Source: Octopus sinensis (Eukaryota). Taken from it: 64,000 nt of DNA. Where the stretch lies: contig NC_043013.1 in the NCBI RefSeq assembly GCF_006345805.1, forward strand, positions 2,046,001-2,110,000, in the 5' to 3' direction. Below the pieces are notes generated by a model that made no database searches, had not been told where the DNA came from, and saw only the letters and a program-made list of their open reading frames with translations. The translations under genes and the position numbers were made by a program. Positions 25,436 to 37,835 of this stretch are shown piece by piece (the stretch's first letter is position 1; each line of letters starts with the position of its first letter).

Positions 25436-26521
25436 TTGAATTTCTGCTGCTTTTAAATAAAGCATATTACTCTACCCCTGGTATTTGAGTACTCTTTTTA
25501 CCACCTTGTTTCACATTTATGTGTTTACTCCGGTATATATATATGTATATATTCAATTTCTGAGCGTTATACTAATATATCTGTTTGTTTTCTACATCAC
25601 CTGTCTTCGTCTTTTGTTTTATTCATGAATTCTCCCTATATATATATATATACGTATGTATGTATGCATATGTACACACAAACACACATATATATATATA
25701 CATGGGATGAGGTGGTGAAGCATGACCTTTGAAATTTGGGCCTCACAGAGACAATGACAGGAGACTGAGATCTTTAGAGACATGCTGTGATTGAGAAGAC
25801 CCAGCAACTAAAGTGAGATTGCAGCCATGGCCAATACCAGTGTTGCATGTCCGGCCCATTTAAGAGTACCCCTAATGCGTCAGGCGATATGATATGCTAG
25901 AGAAGACCTGTTGAGTCAAGTAAAACCAGAATCATAGTTGTGGCCAGTGCCCCCCTGACTGGTTACTGTTCTGGTGGCACATAAAATGCATCATCCGAAC
26001 GTGGTCAATGCCACTGTCCCCTGACTGGCTCCCGTGCTGGTGGTACATGAAATAACACCATCAGAAAGTGGTTGATGCCAGGTCTGCCTGACTGGCTCCC
26101 ATGCCAGTTACACATAAAAAGCACTACCCAGATGTGATCAGTGCCAGGCCCAACTAACTGGCTCCTGTGGTGGTGACATGTAAAAAGCACCCACTGCACT
26201 CTTGGAGTGGTTGGCATTAGGAAGAGCATCCAGCCGTAGAAACATTGCCAGATCAGATTGGAGCCTGGTGCAGCTGCTGGCTCTCCAGACCTCAGTCAAA
26301 CCGTCCAACTCATACTGGCATGGAAAATGGACATTAAAAAATGATGATGATGATGATGTTAAAGAGGCCAACAAATGCTATTAACAATTATATATCTGCT
26401 ATATCGGAAATCTACAATGGTTCCATAACTCCCATCTCAGCTATGACCTTGGAACCCTGGTAATCCTTTACAACACTTACCCAGTGTACCTAGTTGTTTA
26501 GATCACCTGTGAACTAACCCC

Positions 26522-26566
<45 letters not shown>

Positions 26567-27124
26567 ATATATATACTTATATGTATACTCATACATATAT
26601 ATCCTTTATATATATCTATATATATCTATATGAGAGAGAGACAGACAGACAAAGCAAGAGAGAGAGACAAATAGACAATCACTCATTCCTTTTATGGTAG
26701 TTTTTTCCATGCTTGCATTGTATTTTTAGGACAGCATATCTATAACAGATTTTAGCACTTTTAATATCTTGCCTAGCAATAGTGTATATATGTTAAGTAT
26801 GATACATAGGTGCCTATTTTAATTTAATACTAGTTCATTTGCATACACAGAGTTTTTATTCAGCCCTGGAGCTGTTTGTAATATCAGTGAATGTAATAGG
26901 CAAAAAGGTGAAAAAAAATGAATGGTGAAAAAAAAAAAACCATGTTGAAAGTAGAGAAAGGAACAAGCGAAATGTGATTGAATGGGTTAGAGGTAAGATG
27001 AGAATGGAAGTGAAACAGAGATGGGAATGGTCACAGGTCACACAGTAGTGGGAGGAGAGAGACAAAATGGTAGAAGGCAGAGAGACAGAAAGCAACAGAG
27101 AGGCAAGTTGGTGGGGGAGGGAAC

Positions 27125-27160
<36 letters not shown>

Positions 27161-28474
27161 AGAGAGAGAGAGAGAAAGACAAAAGAGAGAGAAACAAATG
27201 AAAAAAAGAGAGAGAGACAGAGAGACAGAGAGAGACAGAGAGACAGAGAGAGACAGAGAGACAGAGAGACAGAAACAGATGTTGCACAAAAAATTTCCTG
27301 CTATACATGTAGGTGGATTTGGAGGAGCATGTCTCATATATTCTATTTTGAATGGTCACCAATCACTCCAGAAAGTACTTGGTGCATTTACTTGTGGTAC
27401 CAACACTAGTGAGGAGCCTTGTACCCTGCAAGGCTAAAAGAGTTCGTTGTTACACATTGCCTCCATTCATTCAGGATAATATGAATAAAAGAGGGAAAAG
27501 AAGAAAGGGTGATGAAAGAAAGAGAGAGAATGAGTTGGAGTGACAGGATGATAGAGAGAGGAAAGAGAACTAGAAGAAACACTGCTGGAAGAATTACTGG
27601 GAGAGAAGCAGTAATGGTAACTGCATGTTTGGTAGGAAGGGGGAGAAAAAGAAAGAGAGTAGAAGAGAGAGAGAGAGAGAGAGAGAAAAGAGAGAGAGAG
27701 AAAAGAGAGAGAGAGAAAAGAGAGAGACAAAGAGAGATCTGTGATGCCCAGCATGGAGCATGCACCCCTGGGGCCTGGGAAAATTGTGTTGGGGTGTGAG
27801 GTCCAAAATTTTTTTCTTTTTTTTTCTTCTAGTGGGACTTAGAATTGTTAACATTTTTTTTCCACAGCAAACATACTACATCTATATTCAACAAACCCAA
27901 ACCAATCCCTCCAGCCATACATACTGTGTGAAGACTGTTTGCTACATTTTAGCGCTATTCTGATGCCCTACTATGGCTATTTCTTTAAGGAAAGTATATA
28001 ATTATGAGATGTCAATACTCAGTAATTAATAAAAGAGTTATTTGTAGATTCTTTTGTATCAAATAATTGCGATAAAACAATTAAGTTGTTTTTTTTTCAA
28101 CCACCAGTGGAGCATATATTTTTCTGGAAACTAATTCTGGGGCCAGGGGGAAAATAGGTTGGGAAACACTAAGATAGATAGTTGTGGAGATGTGTTATGG
28201 TAAGAGAGAGTGTGAGAGAGGAATGTAGGTCAATAATGAGTGATGAAGGAAAGCATATTCTGGCTACCAGCAGATCCAACACAGACCCTCATCTAATATG
28301 CATTAGAAAGTGAAAGTAGAGGGATATGAATGGCAGAAGATTGAATATTCGTCTTTGGGCATATTTGACCTTGAATTATAAAGCTTCTTGACATTCTTTT
28401 CAACAAAGACAGCCAATGATTTGAAAGAAATGATTTTGAAAGAGGATAAAGAGGACATTTTGTATACAGCTGAC

Positions 28475-28702
28475 CTTCACAAAGATTTATTGGCAATGTT
28501 TCCATCTCTGGACATTCAGAATGATACCAATCCTTCCATAGTTCTAGGTTGGTTATCAGCTTGATACAAAAGTTGTCCATGGGTCCATTCAGTACGGAAA
28601 GAGTTAATACATTTTCCCAAACCGAAGCTGGCAGCCAATCAGGAGGTTTATCGTTTGATTGGAAGTCTTCCAATGTCAGCTGAATTCCAACACCTGGGTT
28701 GT
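28475..28702 (-). CDS. Dynein heavy chain exon
   Basis: KPPDWLPASVWENVLTLSVL...WKDWYHSECPEMETLP (PxW...W...WxxWY..PE..LP motif); phase 1->1. Confidence 0.93.
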
Positions 28703-28864
28703 CTGTTGAAAAGAAACGAGTTGAAACATCCAATGAATATTTTCTAAATTTTCTTTTCTACTTGCTCAATATTTCCATAAGCTACACAAGACAACTTATC
28801 AATAATGAGATTTCATTTTGCTTCAAGACACATCTCTCCCTCACTTCCTCTTTCGCCGACTCAC

Positions 28865-28982
28865 TGTATGTATGTATGTATGTATGTATGTATGTATGTA
28901 TGTATGTATGTATGTATGTATGTACGAACGTATGTATGTATGTAAGTAAGTATGTATGTATGTATGTATGTATGTATGTATG

Positions 28983-29013
<31 letters not shown>

Positions 29014-29062
29014 GTATGTATGTATGTATGTATGTATGTATGTATGTATGTATGTATGTATG

Positions 29063-29096
<34 letters not shown>

Positions 29097-29208
29097 TATA
29101 TGTATGTATGTATGTATGTATATATGTATGTATGTATATATGTATGTATGTATATATATATATATATGTATGTATGTATGTATGTATATATGTATGTATG
29201 TATGTATG

Positions 29209-29239
<31 letters not shown>

Positions 29240-29397
29240 ATATGTATGTATATATGTATGTATGCATGTATGCATGTATGTATGTATGTATGTATGTATG
29301 TATGTATGTATGTATGTATGTATTATGTATGTATGTATATATGTATGTATGTGTGTATGTATGTGTGTGTATGTGTGTATGTATGTATGTATGTATG

Positions 29398-29431
<34 letters not shown>

Positions 29432-29441
29432 TGAATGTATG

Positions 29442-29473
<32 letters not shown>

Positions 29474-29700
29474 TGTATGTATGTATGCATGTATGTATGT
29501 ATGTATGTATGCATGTATGTATGTATGTATGTATGTATGTATGCACGTATGTATGTATGTATGTATGTATGTATGCATGCATGTATGTATGTATGTATGC
29601 ATGTATGTATGAATACACATACATACATACATGTACATACATACATATACATGCACATATATATATATATATATATATACATATACACACACACACAATA
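28865..29700 (+). repeat. Long (TATG)n microsatellite
   Basis: Directly visible. Confidence 0.97.
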
Positions 29701-30419
29701 TATATATACAGAGAGAGAGAGAGAGAGAGAGGTGGGGGGTTATTGGTAAAGATAATGATTGGTGACAAAATGCAGAGTTTTGATCTCATTTATCTTGTCA
29801 TATGTATATGGGTGGTGGGGGTAGGTTTAGGCTCATAGATGGATAAGAATCAGCAGTAATTATCACATCTTTCAGTTAATTAATTATGAAATTCTATAAC
29901 TGCTACACCACTAGTAATTCATATTGATATTCAGAATTGCTGTTCAACACCTAATTATATGACTTACAAAACAATGGCTTTCTTTAACCAAGGACACAGA
30001 TATTGCTTTATATCATCATCATCATCATCATCATTTAAGATCCATTTTCCATGCTGGCATTGGTTGGACTGTTTGACAGCCAGGGTGCTGTCCAGACTCC
30101 AATTGTCTATTGTGGCATGGTTTCTATGGCTGGATGCCCTTCCAAATGCCAACCACTTCACAGTGTGCTGGTACTCTTCACGTGCCATGAGCACAGGTGT
30201 GTCTATGCAGCACCTGAACAAGTACATTTTACATGGTACAAGCACCCGTAAGGGACAAGCCTGGGTGATCGTGATTTCATTTAGCTTGAATCATCTTAAG
30301 TACAGTGAAATGCCACAACTCCTGGTCATCGGTGAGTTCCAGTGTCTAAAGATTCTTTCTCACCACTTCATTCCATGTCTTCTTGGGTCTACCCCTTCCA
30401 GGAGTGACTGTGTGGTATA

Positions 30420-30590
30420 GGCACAGGAGTGGCTGTGTGGTAAGTAGCTTGCTTACCAACTATATGGTTCCGGGTTCAGTCCCACTGCATGGCTCCTTGG
30501 GCAAGTGTCTTCTACTATAGCGTCGGGCTGACCAAACCCTTGTCAGTGGATTTGGTAGACGGAAACTGGAAGAAGCTTGTTGTATATATG

Positions 30591-30621
<31 letters not shown>

Positions 30622-30801
30622 CCCAACATTGCTTGACAACCGATGCTGGTGTGTTTACATCCCCATAATTTAGCAGTTCAGCAAAAGAGACTGACAGAAT
30701 AAGTACTAGGCTTACAAAGAATAAGTCCTGGGGTTGATTTGCTCAACTAAAGGCAGTGCTCCAGCATGGCCACAGTCAAATGACTGAAACAAGTAAAGGA
30801 G

Positions 30802-30803
<2 letters not shown>
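30420..30803 (+). mobile_element. SINE family A copy
   Basis: ggcacaggagtggctgtgtggtaag head, ending ...tgactgaaacaagtaaa. Confidence 0.85.
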
Positions 30804-30834
<31 letters not shown>

Positions 30835-30837
<3 letters not shown>

Positions 30838-32128
30838 TCATCATCATCATCATCATCGTTTAGCGTCCGTTTTCCATGCTAGCATGGGTTGGACGGTTCT
30901 ACTGGGGTCTGTGAAGCCAGAAGGCTTCATCAGGCCCAGTCAAATCTGGCAGTGTTTCTACGGCTGGATGCCCTTCCTAACGCCAACCACTCCGTGAGTG
31001 TAGTGGGTGCTTTTTACATGCCACCCGCACTGGTGCCAGACAGAGCTGGCAAACGGCCACGAACGGATGGTGCTTTTTATGTGCCACCGGCACGAGGGCC
31101 AGGCGAGGCTAGCAACGGACACGAAACGGGGTGGTGCTGGCAACGGTCGCGAAACGGAAAGTTCTCTTACATGCCACCGGCACTGGTAACACATCTGCAA
31201 TTTCCATTGATCGATTTCCATTGATCGATTTCCATTGATCGATTTCGATTCTGATCGTCACTTGCCTCAACGGGTCTTCACAAGCAGAGTTTTGACATGC
31301 CACCGGCACTGGTAGCACATCCGCAATTTCCATTGATCGATTTCGATTCTGATCCTCATTTGCCTCATCACGTCTTCACAAGTAGAGTTTTGTGTCCCAA
31401 GAAGGGAAGGTATGCATACGTAGGCTGGCTCCATCCCATGTAGAAGGCCACGGGTTATGGACTCACTTGTCCTGCCGGGTCTTCTCGCGCACAGCACACT
31501 TCCAGAGGTCTCGGTCTCTAGTCATTTCCTCAGTGAGACCTAAAGTTCGAAGGTCGTGCTTCACCACCTCGTCCCAGGTTTTCCTGGGTCTGCCTCTTCC
31601 ACAGGTTCCCTCAACCGCTAGGGTGTGGCACTTTTTCACACAACTATCTTCATCCATTCTCGCCACATGACCATACCAGCGCAAACGTCTTTCTTGCACA
31701 CCACAACTGATGCTTCTTAGGTCCAGCTTTTCTCTCAAGGTACTTACACTCTGCCGAGTGTGAGTACCGGCATTACACATCCATCGGAGCATACTGGCTT
31801 CATTTCTAGCGAGCTTACGCATATCCTCAGCAGTCACGGCCCATGTTTCACTGCCATGTAGCATGGCTGTTCGTACACACGCATCATACAGTCTGCCTTT
31901 CACTCTGTGCGAGAGGCCTTTTGTCACCAGTAGAGGTAAGAGCTCTCTGAACTTTGCCCAAGCTATTCTTACTCTAGCAGTTACACTTTCAGCACACCCA
32001 CCCCCGCTGCTGACTTGGTCACCTAGGTAACGGAAACTATCAACTATTTCTAGTTTTTCTCCCTGGAAAGTGACGGAAGTTGGTCTCAGAGCATTTTCAG
32101 TGTTTATTGTTCCTGAGCATCTGCCACA
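30835..32128 (-). mobile_element. 5'-truncated RTE-clade LINE (RT C-terminus, 3' UTR, (GAT)n tail)
   Basis: Open frame CGRCSGTINT...FRYLGDQV...KGRLYDACVRTAMLHGSETW...RRLRWYGHVARM...GRGRPRKTW to the stop at 31463. Confidence 0.93.
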
Positions 32129-32787
32129 ATAATAATAATAATATGAGAGAATATTGTTCCAAACTTACAGGGAAAAATTCAGTTTAGAAATACTTAATGA
32201 AATTTCACAAAATATATATATATATATATATATAACCTGAAGTTTTCAAGAGAAGAGAAATAAAATTTTGTGGTATTCATGTTGTTCTCAGAAAGGTATA
32301 GCAATGTAAATAGGCAGAGCATGGGTGTGTAGTTAGTAGCTTGCTTCCACATAGCTTTGGATTTAGTCTCATTGCATGGCACTTTAGGCAACCAAAGCCT
32401 TGTAAGTGGATTTGGTAGAAGGAAACTGGAAGAAGTCCATCATGTGTGTGTGTGCGTGATTTTGTGTCTGTGTTTGTCCCCCAACACTGCTTGATAACTA
32501 GTGCTGGTGTGTTTATGTCTCTGCAACTTAGCAGTTCAGCAAAAGTGAACAATAAAATAAGTAGTACTGGGGTTGATTCATTTGACTTAAAAATTCCTCA
32601 AGGTAGATGCCCCAGCATGGCCACAGTCTAATGACTGAAACAAGTAGGAGATAAATAAAAGGAATTAGCTTCAAACAGAAATCAAAATAAATTCTCCAAA
32701 CAGTTTTCACTGAGATCTTATCTCAACTTTTAAATAATTCTTCTATTCTTAGAGGAATCTACAAAACATAATAAAAACTGGCTTTAC

Positions 32788-32897
32788 CTTGTACAATTAA
32801 AGCTAATTGTTGCCAGGTGTCAGAATCAGCATTCTCCATCTCTTTTGTCAAAGACAACACCAGTTTAAATAAAAGCCAGTCTTCTTGGTAAAGACTC
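32788..32897 (-). CDS. Dynein heavy chain exon
   Basis: SLYQEDWLLFKLVLSL (RSLFxxDKLLF-like); tttatag / gtaaag; phase 2->1. Confidence 0.88.
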
Positions 32898-33128
32898 CTA
32901 TAAAATGATAAATGTTTAAGATATCAACATGGTCTGATTTATATTGAAAAGCTTGGTTTTAGTTGTACAACGAAATAGTCAACATCAGAAGGAATGGTAT
33001 CATAACTCTGTGTGTGTGTGTGTGTGTGTGCATTCATATATGCATTTTATGATCATGTATATAAATTGGTGTGACATTGAGTAAATGAATATATGTAAGT
33101 GTATATTGGTGAGACTGTGTGTGTGCAC

Positions 33129-33181
<53 letters not shown>

Positions 33182-33444
33182 ATTAGGGAGTATATCCAAA
33201 CTGTGCATGCCAGTCAGGTTCTATGTCTTCAAAAAATATTTTTTTATTTAAAATACTAGAGTTTGATTTGAGAGAGTTTCTGTTGTTATTTCTAGCAGGT
33301 GAATAGAGTTTGTAGAGGCTCCATTATTAATCTCTCAAAGAAGTTCATGAGTATTGTGAGTAATTGGCAGTCACTTGTGTCTAATTAAAAATACTTCTTA
33401 TTCAAACTAATTAAGTCAAAAACAAAGACAAAAAATAACATTAC

Positions 33445-33622
33445 ATTTGCATAGTATTTATAATGATATTCATCAATGATTGTATTATTTTCTTGGTTTC
33501 ATTCACTGAAAGACTCTGGTGGCAAACTCTTGGAGAAGGAATAATTGGTAAGTTTGGAAACTGGTACTCTTGCATAAATTCCATTTCATCTAATGCAGAT
33601 ATTAAATTAGTGGCTTTCTTAT
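33445..33622 (-). CDS. Dynein heavy chain exon
   Basis: DKKATNLISALDEMEF...IQSLMNIIINTMQ; tttgcag / gtaatg; phase 1->2. Confidence 0.8.
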
Positions 33623-33818
33623 CTGCAAAGATAGATTATAAAATTTGTGGGAGAAAATTAATAAAGCATAAAATTGTCAAATTAAAGAAGAAAAAATGTA
33701 ATCCATTGATGATACGATAGTAGATTCTGTGCCAAGACGAGTAAGTAATTGAACGGATATGTACGGAATACAAGTTTACTAATGACACAATAATAAGAGA
33801 CAAAAACAAAAGAGTCAC

Positions 33819-33873
33819 CTGGTGATTTCTCACTATGTTCATAACTCTCAGGTGACAGAACTTCTTTCTCTTC
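33819..33873 (-). CDS. Small dynein heavy chain exon
   Basis: EEKEVLSPESYEHSEKSP; ttccag / gtgact; phase 0->1 is required to bridge the neighbouring exons. Confidence 0.72.
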
Positions 33874-34230
33874 CTGGAACAGAAGAATGTTTCATATATA
33901 AATACATAGAAACACATGTTTACATAAATATTCATAACGCTTATAAGAAGCAATACACTCAAAGCTGACTGCTTGCACAACATCCTATAACTTGCTTGGA
34001 GAGGAAGCTGATGAAGATTATTGTGTAAACCCTGGTCTTGAGTCATTCATTAACTGATATTATGCCCCATATTCTCCTGAAGTTTTAAGCTAGCTACCCA
34101 ACTACATGGTTCCGGGTTCAATCTCAGTGTGTGGAACCCTGGGCAAGAGTTTTCAACTATAGCCTTAGGCTGACCAAAGCCTTGGGCTGACCAAAGCCTT
34201 TTGAGTGGATTTGGTAGACAGAAACTGAAA

Positions 34231-34462
34231 AGGCGGCAAGCTGGCAGAAACATCAGCACGCCGGGCGAAATGCTTAGCAGCATTTCATCTGCCATTACGT
34301 TCTGAGTTCAAATTCCGCTGAGGTCAACTTTGCCTTTCATCCTTTCGGGGTCGATAAATTAAGTACCAGTTATGCACTGGGGTCGATGTAATCAACTTAA
34401 TCCCTTTGTCTGTCCTTGTTTGTCCTGTCTATGTTTAGCCCCTTGTGAGCAATAAAGAAATA
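34231..34462 (+). mobile_element. SINE family B nested inside a family A SINE
   Basis: 11-bp TSD agaaactgaaa at 34220-34230 and 34463-34473. Confidence 0.85.
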
Positions 34463-35820
34463 AGAAACTGAAAGAAGCCTGTTGTATATATGCATAGGCT
34501 ACCATTGGCCCCTTGTTTTCACATTGCATGATTGTTGCAAATGAGAGTCACCTTTATACAAGTAGTACTTTTTATTTTCAAAATTTCATGAAAACATGTC
34601 CAACCATCATAAAATATTAGCTTACTTGCAAACAAATGAAAATTAGCAACAGAAAAGACATCCAGCCATAGGAAATCAGCCTGAAAAATATTACATCTGA
34701 CTCATGCAAGCATGGAAAACTGGATGTTAAAACAGTAAAGATGATATAAGAACAGAGCTACATTAACACAGACATACATACTCAGACACAGAAAGAAGAC
34801 ACATGTACCTCATGTGTATCTTATCTTCTATCTTTTACTTATTTCAGTTGCGAGACTGTGGCCATGCTGGTGCACCACCGTGAAGAATTTTTAATCAAAT
34901 GAATCAGTCCCAGAGTTTTTCTATTTGTATTTATTTGGTACTTATTCTATCGGTCTCCTTTGCTGAAACGCTAAGTTACGGGGACATAAACACACCAACA
35001 CTGGTTGTCAAGCAGTAATAAGGGACACACACACACACACACAAAACAGGCTTTTTTTCAGTTTCCATTCACCAAATCCACTCTCAAAGCTTGAGGCTAT
35101 AGAAAACACTTGCCTAATGTGTCCTGCAGTGGGACTGAACCCAGAACCATGTGGTTGAGAAGCAAGCTTCTTACCACAGAGCAACATCTGCACCTGTATA
35201 TCTATATAATTAGTCTTAATACTCTCTCTTTAATCTTTTACTCTTTTACTTATTTCAGGCATTTGACTGTGGCCAAGCTGGAGCACCACCTTTAGTCGAG
35301 CAAATTGACTCCAGAACCTATTCTTTGGCTGCCTAGTACTTATTCTATCAGTCTCTTTTGCTGAACCACTAGGTTGCGGGGACGTAAACACACCAGCATT
35401 GGTTGTCAAGCGATGTTGGGGGGACAAACAGGCACACAAACATATACATGCACATATATATATATGTATGTTCAGTGGGACTGAACCCGGACCAATGTGG
35501 TTCATAAGCAAACTACTTACCACACAGCCACTCTTACACCTAATGAGGTACTTCTCACAAAAGTTGCACAACAAAAGTTCATATAAATTACAAATTATTC
35601 AGGGCTATGACATTCGTCTAAACAGTGAAAAATAAATAGAAAAATCCAATTTCTGATGCAAGATATGAGATATGAATGACATAGAGTGAGTGAAGGGCCT
35701 AGAGTTTCATACAAACCAACTGAGTTTGATAATTACATCAGCAAACAACACCAGACCCTTCATGTATTGAGTTCTTTCTTCTCTATGTAAAACTTACAAA
35801 CACATACAAATACATATGAA

Positions 35821-35879
<59 letters not shown>

Positions 35880-36241
35880 ACACACACATACATACATGCA
35901 CACACACATGCATTACATACACATCATCATCATCATTTATTGTCCGTTCTCCATGTTGGCATGCGTTGGATGGTTTGAAAGGAGTGGCCCAGCTGAAGAA
36001 CTGGCCAGCCCCATTTGTTAGTTTTATCATGGTTTCTACAGCTGGAAGCCCTACCTAATGCCAACCACTTTACATGGTGTTCTGGGTGGTTTTATGTGGC
36101 ACCGGCACAGGCACTTTTACATGGTACCAGCGAGGGTGCTTGTAGGTGGCACAATACATTCATCATACGTACAGTCTAATAATACACACATTCACAAGTA
36201 TTGATAGACAGGGTCTACTCATGTAGAAATGCTTTACTTAC

Positions 36242-36448
36242 TTTGTCAATAAAATTACTGTCAATCAGGAATTGGTCGAGAATGCTGATGAACCAAGACA
36301 GAGGGAAACTGTAGTGGACCTTTATAAATCTCAGAGAATACACAAGTGAATATAACAGGGCTGCCTGCTGAGCCATTTCTTCCACTTCACATTTCTTTTG
36401 TTCTAATTCTTCAATCACAGATACAAGAGAATTATGAGTTTTTATTTC
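36242..36448 (-). CDS. Dynein heavy chain exon (AAA5 C-terminal part)
   Basis: EEMAQQAALLYSLVYSLRFIKVHYSFPLSWFISIL; ttgcag / gtaagt; phase 0->0. Confidence 0.9.
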
Positions 36449-36630
36449 CTGCAATAAGCAAATAAGAGTTAGTAATTTTTAGTTTTTAATTGTGTGTAAA
36501 GATATTTTTTGATGGAAAAAAGTTAACACATTTGAGTTCATTTGAACATGAGAAGACTTTCTGCTGTAAAAATAGTCCCAGAAGAAAATTCTTTCTTCCA
36601 TATTAAACTCTGAATGACCTCAGTGGATCA

Positions 36631-36725
36631 CAGATTTGGTATTCATAGTTAATGAAACAAAAAAGGCAGAGAACACATAGCTATCTCTGCCTTCTTTGTT
36701 TCATTAACTATGAACACCAAATCTG
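36631..36725 (-). repeat. 42-bp-stem hairpin with an 11-nt loop
   Basis: Arms 36631-36672 and 36684-36725 differ at 2 positions, both G-U on the minus-strand RNA. Confidence 0.95.
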
Positions 36726-37328
36726 CCATTCACAGCCTGATAAAAATGAATTCATTCTTATACCAGAAAAGCTTATGGTATGTTTGCTGATGTGTGCAAA
36801 GCTTAGTCAAGCTAGAATTAAATAAATAAAGATGCATGAAGCAGCGTTGAATAAAATATACTTATGTAAAACTATATTTAACACATTTGAATGTTAAATA
36901 TGATTTTAACATGAAAATTCTCTGTGCAAAACATATCAAGTTTCTCATATCCAAATGTATTTGAATGAGTTCAATATGACTTTGCACAATTACATTTTAT
37001 TGAAGACTGTTTTGTAACTTAGTATACAACTGGTTCTGAACGGTATTAAAAGACAAAGTTCCAACCAACAGAATTTGAGCTTAGAATCTAGAATCAAAAC
37101 CAAATTCTGCCAGGCATTTTCTGTCATGGCCTAATTAGTGGAGGAAGGGCAACATCCATAACATTCTACAGGGCCACCAGGACAGGTGAGGAGAAAAGGG
37201 ACAAAATCACTGTAACTCACGACTTTTTCCCAGATGATGACATAGTCTGAATGATTGTAAAAGTAGATTCTACCAAAGACATCCAAGGATTTGATGAACT
37301 TGACAAAATGTCATGTCTACCATCCACA

Positions 37329-37835
37329 GTAGTTTGATGAGCTGCCCTGTAGTCAATTAGTTTGATGAACTACCATCTAGTTAATTAGTTCAAGGGCAAC
37401 TATTCAGCTAGTTAGCTTGAAAAACAATAATCCAAGTAATTAATTTGATGCCACACTAGGTAGCTAATTACTTTGTTACCTACATGGTAGCTAATAGGGT
37501 TGATCAATTACCATTTAGCAAATTAATTTATTGAATTAACATAGTCAAAATAGCTGAAACAAGTAAAAGAATAGTTAATTAGCTTATGTACTACCATGTA
37601 GTAAATTGGTTTGACAACCTACCATGTAACTAATTACTTTGAAGATTTACTATGTAAATAATTAGTTTGATGAATTACCATGTAGCTGGACGCTGTCATA
37701 TAGCAACCAAGATCGATGAGCTACCATGTAGCTAATTAACTTGAAGCTTTGCCATGTATCTAATTAACATTATAAATTATCATGTAGTTAATTTGTTTAA
37801 TACTCTGTCACATAGTTTAATTAGTTTGATAAACT
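37329..37835 (+). repeat. Degenerate ~29-bp tandem array
   Basis: Consensus about TAATTAGTTTGATGAACTACCATGTAGC, heavily diverged and interrupted near 37550. Confidence 0.75.

Larger units (their letters stand above)
24720..25630. mobile_element. Stack of (TA)n-embedded non-autonomous foldback elements with hammerhead-like cores (probably PLE-derived)
   Basis: Three palindromic units (~24720-24980, 25010-25235, 25320-25535) plus a tail at 25545-25630; all three share GAAACTCnGAGT; tails recur at 54075-54140 and 60400-60490. Confidence 0.7.

Noticed and set aside
26477-26512. 26-nt micro-exon with a strong gtaagt donor
   Set aside because: Stop codons in all three frames and length not compatible with the phase 1->1 context
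28782-29838. Long ORFs (up to 335 aa)
   Set aside because: Translations of the (TATG)n microsatellite; the same applies to ORFs over 20279-21128, 3429-4004, 26856-27854 and 53876-54387
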